From positions 2,089 through 66,088 of the forward strand of contig JBIICJ010000001.1 of assembly GCA_044238965.1 (NCBI GenBank): DNA of 64,000 bases. The letters are read 5' to 3'. This document shows positions 28,809-37,722 of this stretch, in pieces (the stretch's first letter is position 1; the number at the start of each line of letters is the position of its first letter). The DNA is from Micavibrio sp. (lineage in GTDB: Bacteria; Pseudomonadota; Alphaproteobacteria; Micavibrionales; Micavibrionaceae). The notes below the pieces were generated by a model. It was not told the origin of the DNA and ran no database searches. It worked only from the letters and a program-made list of their open reading frames with translations. A program made the translations under genes and the position numbers.

Positions 28809-28945
28809 TATTCCATAAATTCATATTGGCGTGTGAAATTACCGTATTTGCGGACAGAGGGGCTCACTCTCATACTTTTTTAATTATTTCACGGCATAAA
28901 GGTAAGATAAGTTTTTAGTTTTTTCGATCTTGCCTGGAGCTACCT

Positions 28946-29332
28946 ATGACCGTTGACAAAAATATGAACGTCTTGATTGTGGATGATTATAAAACAATGT
29001 TGCGCATCATTAATAATCTTTTGAGACAACTTGGATTTCCAAATGTGGATGAGGCAACTGACGGAACAATGGCTCTGGAAATGTTCAAAGTCAAAAAATA
29101 TGGCATGATTATATCTGACTGGAACATGGAACCAATGACAGGTTTGGAGTTACTTAAACATATTCGTAGTGGCAATGAAAATAAAGATGTGCCCTTCATT
29201 ATGGTCACCGCTGAAAGTAAAACAGAAAATGTGATCGCCGCCAAACAAGCGGGCGTTAATAATTATATCGTGAAGCCATTTAATGCCGAAACATTAAAAG
29301 GAAAAATCGAAGCTGTGTTAGGTGCGTTCTAA
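28946..29332 (+). CDS. cheY: Chemotaxis response regulator CheY
   Basis: Single-domain receiver with LIVDD, ISDWNMEPMTG, VTAE and NNYIVKPF. Confidence 0.9.
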   Translation: MTVDKNMNVLIVDDYKTMLRIINNLLRQLGFPNVDEATDGTMALEMFKVKKYGMIISDWNMEPMTGLELLKHIRSGNENKDVPFIMVTAESKTENVIAAKQAGVNNYIVKPFNAETLKGKIEAVLGAF

Positions 29333-29362
29333 TCCAAATATCTTGTCTGGGGGAAATAGATT

Positions 29363-29953
29363 ATGACCGAAGTAACCATACGCCGCGATCAAGTTGTAAA
29401 TATTATCAATTCCGTGATCGAAAAAGTCGAGGCGGCAGAAGATGTATCGCGCGAGCAATTATATCAAGAATTACAGGCTTTACATGATTTAATTGAAGAA
29501 ACACGCCGTGAGATTAGTGAAACGCACGTGGGCGATGTGGCGGGAAAACATATTCCAACCGCAACCGATGAATTAGATGCCGTTGTAAAGGCAACTGAAG
29601 TTGCTACCAGTGCAATTATGGATTCGTGTGATGAAATTACGTCACTATCAGCAAAAGCTCCGACTGAGGTTGAAAGCCAATTAATGAATGAAGTTACTAA
29701 AATTTTAGAGGCGTGTTCATTCCAAGATATCACTGGTCAGCGGATTAGCAAAGTTGTGAAGAATTTAAAGATCATTGATGAAAAGGTAACGAATTTGATT
29801 GGTATCTTGCAGGATAAAATTCCTGGTTTACCGATGGAATCGGATGGCGCTGACAAACGTGTGGGTGATGCCCGTTTATTAAATGGTCCCCAAATGCCTG
29901 ATAAGGCTGTGAACCAAGACGACATTGATAAATTATTAGCAGATTTGTTCTGA
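29363..29953 (+). CDS. cheZ: CheZ-family CheY-P phosphatase
   Basis: ILEACSFQDITGQRISKVV contains the CheZ catalytic FQD(L/I)TGQ motif. The protein looks long and helical and lies immediately downstream of cheY. Confidence 0.7.
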   Translation: MTEVTIRRDQVVNIINSVIEKVEAAEDVSREQLYQELQALHDLIEETRREISETHVGDVAGKHIPTATDELDAVVKATEVATSAIMDSCDEITSLSAKAPTEVESQLMNEVTKILEACSFQDITGQRISKVVKNLKIIDEKVTNLIGILQDKIPGLPMESDGADKRVGDARLLNGPQMPDKAVNQDDIDKLLADLF

Positions 29954-30600
29954 TGAAACATGACGCACGTGCCCCTATAAAATCATCTGAAGAGTCGGTT
30001 CTGTATATATCACTCTCTCTTTTTATCATTCTTTTGGCATTTTTTTTAGTTTTAAACTCTCATAGCGACTTTGAACAAGGCCGTGTTGGGGCAGTGTTAA
30101 GTTCTGTTGAACAAACCTTTACCACAAAAATTTTTGATGATGGTGCGGGCCCGAGCTTTGTGGCTGATCTATCTCAGGGGCGCGGAAATGGCTTTGCGAC
30201 CGAAGATATGGCTAATTTATTTCGGTCATCAATGGCGGGAGTTGAGCCATATTTGATGCCTTCAAAAGAATTTTTAAGCGTGGAATTGTCCCCCACAGAA
30301 TTTAAAAACATGACATTATCTTTGGGCGAAAATGAAGTTCCATCAACGGTTGCCGCAATGGTTAGCCGCGCATTAGAAGGATCAGATAAATCTGTACCCA
30401 ATTTACAAATAGAGATTTGGGTAAAGCAAAATGATTCAGAGCAAAAAAATCATTTAAAAACGGCGGACCAATTTGTACAAAATTTAATAGCGCGTGGTGT
30501 TGCGCCCGCGCGGGCGAGTATAGGCACAAGTTCAGCTGTCTCAACGGGTAAAATCTTACTTTTGTTTCGCCCCTATTCACCTTATGGGGTAGGGGGATGA
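29953..30600 (+). CDS. MotB-like membrane protein with a degenerate OmpA-type C-terminus
   Basis: The N-terminal TM YISLSLFIILLAFFLVLNS is MotB plug/TM-like. The C-terminus LQIEIWVKQND...LKTADQFVQNLIARGVAPARASIG keeps the outline of an OmpA-like domain but lacks the G-H-T/S-D and N..LS..RA residues. The start overlaps the cheZ stop (TGATG). Confidence 0.5.
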   Translation: MKHDARAPIKSSEESVLYISLSLFIILLAFFLVLNSHSDFEQGRVGAVLSSVEQTFTTKIFDDGAGPSFVADLSQGRGNGFATEDMANLFRSSMAGVEPYLMPSKEFLSVELSPTEFKNMTLSLGENEVPSTVAAMVSRALEGSDKSVPNLQIEIWVKQNDSEQKNHLKTADQFVQNLIARGVAPARASIGTSSAVSTGKILLLFRPYSPYGVGG

Positions 30601-31418
30601 GCTATATTCTTCACTCAATACATGAACTAAAAAAACTGGATGGTGAAACATTAAATCCGATACGATTTGTATCCATTAAAAAAATTCAAAATTCATCATC
30701 ATCTTCAAAGGTTTGGCTAATTTCTTTTACAGATATTTTGGCGCTAATGTTGACGTTCTTTGTGATGCTTTATTCGATGTCAGAACATAATATTGATCAA
30801 CAAAAACCAATAAATAATAAGATTGTGGGCGTGGAAAATATCGATCAAAATCAATTGCAGGGTGCGCGCGATCAGGCGGGAGCAGTTGATGACATCAGTC
30901 TAAACAAAATCAGTTTTAACCGCGCACTTGATCTTGGTTATTTACAAAATATTTTAGAAACATATCGTGATGAAAATATTAATTTAAAAGATATGCAAAT
31001 TTCCCGCGATGAAAAAAATGGACGAATTATTTTGATACTTCCCGAGGAGCTATTATTTGCATCGGGGCAATCGAATCCATCCTCTCGCGGCATGAAGAGT
31101 TTGGGGCAACTGGCTAAAATTCTGTCAAATATCAAGAATGGCGTTGAGGTTATAGGGCACAGCGATCCACGGGCTACCCGTGACGGAAAAAGTAATTTGC
31201 TTCTTTCGCTTGAACGCGCCCAAGCAGTGGCAGGTGTGTTAGAGGCGCAGGGGTATGAAAATGGTATCAATTTTCAAGGTTATGGCAGTGCGCTGTTTGA
31301 TTCGCTCCCGTCCACGTGGGATGATTCGCGTAAACTATCCACCGCGCGTCGGGTTGATATCGTGGTGCACGCACATGATGGATCACGGCTCAAAAGGTTT
31401 GGGATCGCTGCCCCTTAA
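30597..31418 (+). CDS. motB: Flagellar stator protein MotB (OmpA-like peptidoglycan-binding domain)
   Basis: WLISFTDILALMLTFFVMLYSMS is the MotB TM segment. The OmpA-like part reads VEVIGHSDPRAT...SNLLLSLERAQAVAGVLEAQG...RRVDIVV. There is an ATGA overlap with the preceding ORF. Confidence 0.8.
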   Translation: MSYILHSIHELKKLDGETLNPIRFVSIKKIQNSSSSSKVWLISFTDILALMLTFFVMLYSMSEHNIDQQKPINNKIVGVENIDQNQLQGARDQAGAVDDISLNKISFNRALDLGYLQNILETYRDENINLKDMQISRDEKNGRIILILPEELLFASGQSNPSSRGMKSLGQLAKILSNIKNGVEVIGHSDPRATRDGKSNLLLSLERAQAVAGVLEAQGYENGINFQGYGSALFDSLPSTWDDSRKLSTARRVDIVVHAHDGSRLKRFGIAAP

Positions 31419-31468
31419 TCGCCATCATTCCCTTGTGATATGACTTATCCTGTGGCACGCTGGACGCT

Positions 31469-34400
31469 ATGGTTCGGCGTTTATCATTATTATCTTATCT
31501 TGTGGCAGGCGTGGCGATGTTGCCCTTATCGGCGGTATCGGCTGCGGATGTAACTGCGCGTGCAAACACAATGGATGATTATACACGTATTGTATTAGAT
31601 TTTGAAAAAACACCTTCATATATTGCCGATCAAAAATCATCATCATTAAAATTAACATTTCAAAATGAAAGTGATTTATCATCGGCGGCAAAATCAATTA
31701 CTTCAGCGCCCCGTGTTGCCTCTGTTTTGGCAAACGATAAAAAGAATATTCAATTTACATTTTCAAATCCAAAAGAAATTAGACATTTTACCATTGGTAA
31801 TCGTGTTATAATTGATGTGTATGGTGATCAGACGACGGCCGATCAAAAAACACCCGAACAAAAGATCGAAGACAAGCCTGTAACTGCAACGGCTTCAGAA
31901 GAAAAAAAAGCCGATGAGACAAAGCTTGCGGTTAAGGAAGATATAAAAACCGAAACACCCGAACCAAAAATTGACAAGGGTGCAGCTTTAATGACGATTG
32001 AATCGATTACCGATATTCAATTGGCTGTGTATCAATCGGGTTCATTGTTAAATATTGTTGTGAACCAGCCGAATTTTGCACCTGCGCCGCAAATAACAGG
32101 CGATAAATCCATTATTGAAAAAACCGGTAATGTTGATATTAAAAATTTTTTGAATGCAACAATGTTTGGTGTCAAAATTCCATCGGGCACTGTGGCGCGC
32201 GCCGAGGGCGGCGGAAAAAAATGGCGGATTATTTTATCATCATCGGATAAGAATGAATCATCTCCTATATCTTTATCGCGAGCGGGAGAACAATTAGTAT
32301 GGGCTGTACCCAATACGGGTGCGCCGTTGACAGTGACCGACCCAGAATCGGGTGATGATGTGAAGTTAATCCCCGTATCAACAGCGCAATCATTTACAGG
32401 TGCATCCCAAAATTTTGTTGATATGAAATTATTACCCTCACAGGTTGGCATGGCCTTTGTGCCCAAGCGGGATAATGTGAATGTTACTACAAAACCTGAT
32501 AAAGTGATTATTGGCGATGGGCAATCTTTATCGATTTCATCGAAAATTAATCCGACGAAGACAGAAACACTACCGCCCAAAGACGAACCAAAATCCAAAG
32601 ATGATCAGGCACCTAAAACCGAGGCCGAATTAACGGCAGGTGAAACATTGCCAACAGAAGGTGATGAAGCGTCAAAACAAAAACCTGTCGCTGTGACCGA
32701 TACCACGCGTTATTTTGATTTAGCAAAATGGCAACAAGGTGGTATTAAAAAATTAGAATCAAATCGCCAAAATTTATTAAATGACTTTTTGAAAAAACCA
32801 ATAGCGCAGCAGGCCGATACATTAATCTCACTCGTAAAATTGGAAATTGCCAATGGCATGGGCGCAGAGGCGCGTGGTTATTTAGATTATGCGACGGCCT
32901 TGGTTCCTGAATTAGAACCGACACCTACTGTGATGGCGTTATCGGGCGCGGTTGAAACATTGATGGGCCATGATGATGATGCGTTTGCGTTATTCACAAA
33001 TGAAAAATTGGCAAATAATGCAGAAATTCAAATGTGGCGCGCAGTATCATTGGCACGATTGGAAGATTGGGCACAGGCGGGTGAAAATATGCCAGCATAT
33101 CCTGTTGTGCTCGAAACCTATCCACCCGTGACGCAAATTCCATTGGGGCTAACCTTGGCAGAAATTGCATTGCGTAATGGTAACCCCAGAGATGCCGATA
33201 AAATTTTGGAATTAATTAGTAAGCAAGATAAATCTATGTCAGATGCGGATCATGCGGCTATGGCCTATTTGCGCGGAGAATCAGATCGGCAAAAAGGAAA
33301 AGTTGCTGAAGCTAAAAAATTCTGGGAACCTTTGGCAACTGGTACAGATGATTTATATCGTGTCAAAGCGGGTTTATCATTGACGAATTTGCAATTGGAT
33401 AAAAAAGAAATCACACCTGACGAAGCCATCGATCGATTAGAAGGGTTTCGTTATACATGGCGCGGTGATGAATTGGAAACCGCCGTCAATTTCCGTTTGG
33501 GGCGTTTATATATTGAAAAAGGTGATGCGGTGAAAGGGTTAAACACACTGCGTCAAGCGGCATCATTGTCACCGCAATCAGAACAAGCCACACAAATTAC
33601 CGAATTGATGAAAACAACATTCAAAGATTTATTTTTAACCGAAAAAATAAATGACATTAGTCCTGTTGATGCGGTAACGGTGTATGAAGAATTCACTGAA
33701 CTCACCCCCGCCGACGATGAAGGAAGCCAAATTTTAGAAAAATTATCGAGCCGTTTGGTCGATGTTGATCTATTACCGCGCGCGGCCGCGATGTTACAGA
33801 AAAAAATTGACCAAGGGGCAACAGGATTAAATGGCGCGGAAACGGCGGCGCGTTTGGCCGATATTTTGGTGATGGACAAAAACGCCGATAAAGCAATTGA
33901 GGCATTAAATAAAGCCGATGAATTATTAAAAGATGTACCTGTTGATCAATCGGCAAAAGTCAAAAAGCAAATGGCAATGTTGCGGGCGCAGGCCTACGGC
34001 ATTCAGAAAAAACCTGATCAAGCGTATGAAGCCCTGAGCCTTCTGGCGCAAGATGAAGATGTATTGCGTCTGCGTGCCGATATCGCATGGGATAATGAAC
34101 GGTGGCAAGATTCCGCCGATGCGCTCGAGGCATTGGTACAAAAATCTGATCTATCGCCATCACGTCCTGTCACTGATGATCAGGCGGAATTATTATTGAA
34201 TTGGGCCATTGCGTTGCATAAGGCCGAAAATAAATTTGTTCTGGCTGATATTCGTGATCGGTTTTCAACTGCTATGGCGGCATCACCTTATAATGAAAAA
34301 TTTGAAATTGTGACGCGGTCAAAACAAAATTCGGTTGTTGTGGATCGCGCTTCAATTGATCAAATTATCTCCGAGGTTGATATGTTTAAAAAAGCGGGAG

Positions 34401-34576
34401 AGAATGTCACAAAAACTGAGCCTGCGGTGGGTGTGCCGACAGACGCAGAAAAAGCAGCCGTATCTGCAGAATCAAATGCAACGCCAGAGGAGCCTGCAGT
34501 AGATCAGGGTGAAGCCGATGTCGCGGGCGCGGATGGCGCAGCGGGCAATGAAGGTTCTAATACGTCCGCGCCGTGA
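31469..34576 (+). CDS. Large secreted protein: AMIN-like N-terminal domain plus long TPR/helical-repeat region (1035 aa)
   Basis: Signal peptide LPLSAVSAADV. YTRIVLDFEKTP...VIIDVYG resembles an AMIN domain. A Lys/Glu/Pro linker and a second beta-rich segment follow. About 600 aa are Ala/Leu-rich repeats (for example AMAYLRGESDRQKGKVAEAKKFWEPL), and the tail is acidic. Confidence 0.8.
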   Translation: MVRRLSLLSYLVAGVAMLPLSAVSAADVTARANTMDDYTRIVLDFEKTPSYIADQKSSSLKLTFQNESDLSSAAKSITSAPRVASVLANDKKNIQFTFSNPKEIRHFTIGNRVIIDVYGDQTTADQKTPEQKIEDKPVTATASEEKKADETKLAVKEDIKTETPEPKIDKGAALMTIESITDIQLAVYQSGSLLNIVVNQPNFAPAPQITGDKSIIEKTGNVDIKNFLNATMFGVKIPSGTVARAEGGGKKWRIILSSSDKNESSPISLSRAGEQLVWAVPNTGAPLTVTDPESGDDVKLIPVSTAQSFTGASQNFVDMKLLPSQVGMAFVPKRDNVNVTTKPDKVIIGDGQSLSISSKINPTKTETLPPKDEPKSKDDQAPKTEAELTAGETLPTEGDEASKQKPVAVTDTTRYFDLAKWQQGGIKKLESNRQNLLNDFLKKPIAQQADTLISLVKLEIANGMGAEARGYLDYATALVPELEPTPTVMALSGAVETLMGHDDDAFALFTNEKLANNAEIQMWRAVSLARLEDWAQAGENMPAYPVVLETYPPVTQIPLGLTLAEIALRNGNPRDADKILELISKQDKSMSDADHAAMAYLRGESDRQKGKVAEAKKFWEPLATGTDDLYRVKAGLSLTNLQLDKKEITPDEAIDRLEGFRYTWRGDELETAVNFRLGRLYIEKGDAVKGLNTLRQAASLSPQSEQATQITELMKTTFKDLFLTEKINDISPVDAVTVYEEFTELTPADDEGSQILEKLSSRLVDVDLLPRAAAMLQKKIDQGATGLNGAETAARLADILVMDKNADKAIEALNKADELLKDVPVDQSAKVKKQMAMLRAQAYGIQKKPDQAYEALSLLAQDEDVLRLRADIAWDNERWQDSADALEALVQKSDLSPSRPVTDDQAELLLNWAIALHKAENKFVLADIRDRFSTAMAASPYNEKFEIVTRSKQNSVVVDRASIDQIISEVDMFKKAGENVTKTEPAVGVPTDAEKAAVSAESNATPEEPAVDQGEADVAGADGAAGNEGSNTSAP

Positions 34577-35367
34577 TCAAAACTTTGGATCAATGATCCT
34601 GCAACCAAATGCCATCCATCAACGAGCACAAAGAAAATAATTTTAAACGGCAGGGAAATTACAATCGGCGGTAACATCATCATCCCCATCGACATTAAAA
34701 TAGATGATGTCACAATATCAATCACCAAAAATGGTAAGAACAACATAAACCCAATTTCAAACGCGCGGCGTAATTCCGAAATCATAAAGGCGGGTACGAT
34801 GATTTGAAGCGGTGTTGCCATCGGTGTTTCGGGCGGTTTTGTTTCTGATACTTCCATGAACAGGCGTAAATCTTGTTCGCGCACATGTTTCAACATGAAT
34901 GCTTTAAATGGGTCTATTGACCGTTCAAACGCGGTCATTTCATCAATTTCTTCATTCATTAATGGTTTGACGCCTTGGTTATATGCGGCCTCAAATGTTG
35001 GCGCCATGACAAAGAATGTTAAAAATAACGCGAGCGAAATCATCACTGTATTGGGCGGTGTTTGTTGTAACCCGATGGCGGAACGCAGGAATGACAACAC
35101 AACAATAATGCGCGTAAATGATGTCATCATAATTAAAATTGATGGCGCAAGTGATAAAACGGTGAGGAGTGCAACAGTTTGAATAACGCGTCCTGATACC
35201 GTGCCAGAATCACCGCCCATATCGAGCGATAAAACTTGCGCAAAAGCAGGATTGGTCAATGCAAAAAATAATAAGAAACCAGATGACACGCCGAGCGCGA
35301 TAATTGCGCGCATCACCCATGATTTTTTCGAAACGGTTTTTGTCATGGTGTTTGTTTCAGATGTCAT
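34504..35367 (-). CDS. fliP: Flagellar export apparatus protein FliP
   Basis: Contains SFTRIIVVLSFLRSAIGLQQTPPNTVMISLALFLTFFVM and MLPPIVISLPFKIIFFVLVDGW. A C-terminal extension of about 24 aa overlaps the convergent gene. Confidence 0.95.
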   Translation of the reverse strand: MTSETNTMTKTVSKKSWVMRAIIALGVSSGFLLFFALTNPAFAQVLSLDMGGDSGTVSGRVIQTVALLTVLSLAPSILIMMTSFTRIIVVLSFLRSAIGLQQTPPNTVMISLALFLTFFVMAPTFEAAYNQGVKPLMNEEIDEMTAFERSIDPFKAFMLKHVREQDLRLFMEVSETKPPETPMATPLQIIVPAFMISELRRAFEIGFMLFLPFLVIDIVTSSILMSMGMMMLPPIVISLPFKIIFFVLVDGWHLVAGSLIQSFDHGADVLEPSLPAAPSAPATSASP

Positions 35368-35663
35368 GCGCTTGTCTCATTGTTTTGTGGCGGTGGCGTA
35401 ATGTTTGACTCCACTACAGTTTCACCCGAAGGGCCGAGAATGACAAGATGTTCCGTATCATTATCCCGTTTGATCAAAACGGCTTTATGGCGGGAATCGA
35501 GATATAAAATTTCTGAAATCTTTAAACGGCGTTTTGTACTTGCGGTTAAGGTTCCAATCGTACCGCCCGCAGACAGGCGTTTGAGGATAATATAAAGCCC
35601 CCCCATCAATGCCAAAACAAATAATAGGGCCATTAAAAAACGGATGTAATCTGTGGGTTCCAT
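35364..35663 (-). CDS. fliO: Flagellar export protein FliO
   Basis: 99 aa with a single TM (FLMALLFVLALMGGLYIIL). LKISEILYLDSRHKAVLIKRDNDTEHLVILG fits the FliO pattern. The stop overlaps the fliP start. Confidence 0.7.
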   Translation of the reverse strand: MEPTDYIRFLMALLFVLALMGGLYIILKRLSAGGTIGTLTASTKRRLKISEILYLDSRHKAVLIKRDNDTEHLVILGPSGETVVESNITPPPQNNETSA

Positions 35664-35690
35664 AGATAAGGTCGTTCCTCAGTTTGAGAA

Positions 35691-36101
35691 TCAGAGTTGT
35701 TTCGTATCATCGAGAATAGCATTAAACGGGTCGGGTTCGCCATTGGCTCTGTACACATAAGATAAGACTTCGGCGACTGATAAAAACGCCTCGGACGGGA
35801 TGGGACTGTCCAATTCGACCTGTGCCAACATTTCGGCAAGAGCGGAATCCTCCCGCACCTTGATGCCTTGGTCAAAGGCAATTTGCAAAATTTGCTCGGC
35901 AAGTTTTCCCCGTCCCGCCGCCGCAATGCGGGGCAAATCGCCCGTTTCAGGGTCAAAATTGATGGCAACGGCGGTCGCACGTTTCGGTTTTTCCTTTATA
36001 TTTAAAGGGCTTAGCCCATTTTCGCCGTCCGTTTGGCGCAAAACGGGCGTCCCGTCATCCATACGGTCAAGGGGTGGGTTTTGGGGCGGTGTTTTTGGCA
36101 T
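35691..36101 (-). CDS. FlhB C-terminal-domain paralogue (FlhB-CC / YlqH-like)
   Basis: TAVAINFDPETGDLPRIAAAGRGKLAEQILQIAFDQGIKVREDSALAEMLAQVELDSPIPSEAFLSVAEVLSYVY aligns by eye with FlhB residues after NPTH (FAIALKYDPEKSDAPTVIAKGVDELALRIREVAKEHDI...). No TM region and no NPTH motif. Confidence 0.75.
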   Translation of the reverse strand: MPKTPPQNPPLDRMDDGTPVLRQTDGENGLSPLNIKEKPKRATAVAINFDPETGDLPRIAAAGRGKLAEQILQIAFDQGIKVREDSALAEMLAQVELDSPIPSEAFLSVAEVLSYVYRANGEPDPFNAILDDTKQL

Positions 36102-36170
36102 GAAACCTGCAAATATTTTTTATGAACTTAAACCATAAGCCATAAAGGCCATTAAGTCGAGGTAGGGAAC

Positions 36171-36590
36171 ATGACAACGGAAAATATCGGCCTGTTTCAA
36201 GCAATGGGCGCCAAATTAAAATATTTGGATCAACGCCAAAAGGTGATTTCACAGAATATCGCCAATGCGGACACACCAGAATACAAGGCCAGAGACTTAA
36301 CCAAGGTTGATTTCGGTACAGTTTTGAAAAAGGTTCAACATGATAGCGATAAAGTTCCACCTGTGCGCATGGCGGCAACAAATCCAAACCATTTACCATT
36401 GCCAAGCGATATCGATAACGCGCGTATCAATAAACAAAAAATGGTTTATGAAACTGCGCCTGATAAAAACGGCGTTGTGATGGAAGAGCAATTGGTCAAA
36501 GCGAACGATGTGCAGATGAATTACACATTGATGCTGAATTTATATAAATCAAACATCGATATGATGAGATCTGCAATAGGTCGCCGATAA
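36171..36590 (+). CDS. flgB: Flagellar rod protein FlgB
   Basis: Contains LDQRQKVISQNIANADTPEYKARDL. An SD is present, and flgC and fliE follow. Confidence 0.9.
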   Translation: MTTENIGLFQAMGAKLKYLDQRQKVISQNIANADTPEYKARDLTKVDFGTVLKKVQHDSDKVPPVRMAATNPNHLPLPSDIDNARINKQKMVYETAPDKNGVVMEEQLVKANDVQMNYTLMLNLYKSNIDMMRSAIGRR

Positions 36591-36615
36591 GAATTAGGGA
36601 TAGGGAGATAAAGAT

Positions 36616-37032
36616 ATGTCAGATACTATGTTTTCAACATTAGCCGTTTCAAGCGCAGGCATGAGAGCACAAAGCGAGCGTGTGCGTGTTATTTCACAAA
36701 ATATTGCCAATTCCGACACCACTGCTGAACAACCTGGCCAAGATCCATATCGTCGCCAATTAATCACTTTTAAATCACAATTAGACAAAAATTTAGGCGC
36801 AGAAATAGTGCGCGTCAAAAACGTAACCGAAGACCAAAAAACAGATTTTCGTACCAAATATATGCCAGGTCATCCCGCCGCAGACGAAAATGGTTATGTG
36901 CAAATGCCAAACGTGAATTCATTGGTGGAAACCATGGATATGCGCGAGGCCACCCGTTCATATGAGGCGAATATGGGTATGTTTACCCAAAGTCGCGATA
37001 TGATGACCCGTACAATTGATCTGTTACGTTAA
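36616..37032 (+). CDS. flgC: Flagellar rod protein FlgC
   Basis: Contains SAGMRAQSERVRVISQNIANSDTT, GYVQMPNVNSLVETMDMREATRSYEAN. Confidence 0.95.
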   Translation: MSDTMFSTLAVSSAGMRAQSERVRVISQNIANSDTTAEQPGQDPYRRQLITFKSQLDKNLGAEIVRVKNVTEDQKTDFRTKYMPGHPAADENGYVQMPNVNSLVETMDMREATRSYEANMGMFTQSRDMMTRTIDLLR

Positions 37033-37079
37033 CATTTTTATGATACAATGTTTAGAATCGAAATAAACAGGAGACCCAC

Positions 37080-37391
37080 ATGGTTGATCAAATTGCAAAT
37101 CCTCTAGCTGGTGCAAAAGCTTATGGTGCGGCCAAAGGCCTTGGTGGCGCCACATCATCAGAGGCAGCCCAAGGTGTTTCATTCGGTGATTTATTGGGTA
37201 ATGGGGTTCAAAGTGCCATTGATACCATGAAAAATTCAGAAAAAGTGTCCGCCGATGCCGTTGTGGGTAAGGCGAATTTATTGGATGTTACCGCCGCCGT
37301 ATCATCAGCAAAATTAACACTTGATACTGTTGTGGCTGTTCGTGACAATGTGATCGAAGCCTATCAACGCATGATGCAAATGCCGATTTAA
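37080..37391 (+). CDS. fliE: Flagellar hook-basal body protein FliE
   Basis: 103 aa. The C-terminus LDVTAAVSSAKLTLDTVVAVRDNVIEAYQRMMQMPI is FliE-like. SD AGGAG is present. Confidence 0.85.
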   Translation: MVDQIANPLAGAKAYGAAKGLGGATSSEAAQGVSFGDLLGNGVQSAIDTMKNSEKVSADAVVGKANLLDVTAAVSSAKLTLDTVVAVRDNVIEAYQRMMQMPI

Positions 37392-37455
37392 TAGGTAAGA
37401 ATAGGGTTGCCAAATCCCCTAGGCAGATTGCCCTGATTCTGTTACGATTTTATTT

Positions 37456-37722
37456 ATGAACGAACAAGAAGTCATTGATCTCCTTCGCGAAGCCATTTGG
37501 TTGTCTATCAAATTGGGTGCACCCGTGATGATGGTGGGGTTGATTGTGGGTGTGGCGATTGCATTGCTTCAGGCGCTGACCCAAGTACAGGAAATGACTT
37601 TGGTTTTTGTTCCCAAAATTTTGATGATTTTCTTGGCGATGTTCTTGATGTTGCCCGCCTTTACGACAACACTCATTGAATTCATGAATATGATTGCTGA
37701 TCGCATTGTGCAAATAAAATGA
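37456..37722 (+). CDS. fliQ: Flagellar export apparatus protein FliQ
   Basis: 88 aa with two TM segments. Contains APVMMVGLIVGVAIALLQALTQVQEMTLVFVPKI. Confidence 0.9.
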   Translation: MNEQEVIDLLREAIWLSIKLGAPVMMVGLIVGVAIALLQALTQVQEMTLVFVPKILMIFLAMFLMLPAFTTTLIEFMNMIADRIVQIK

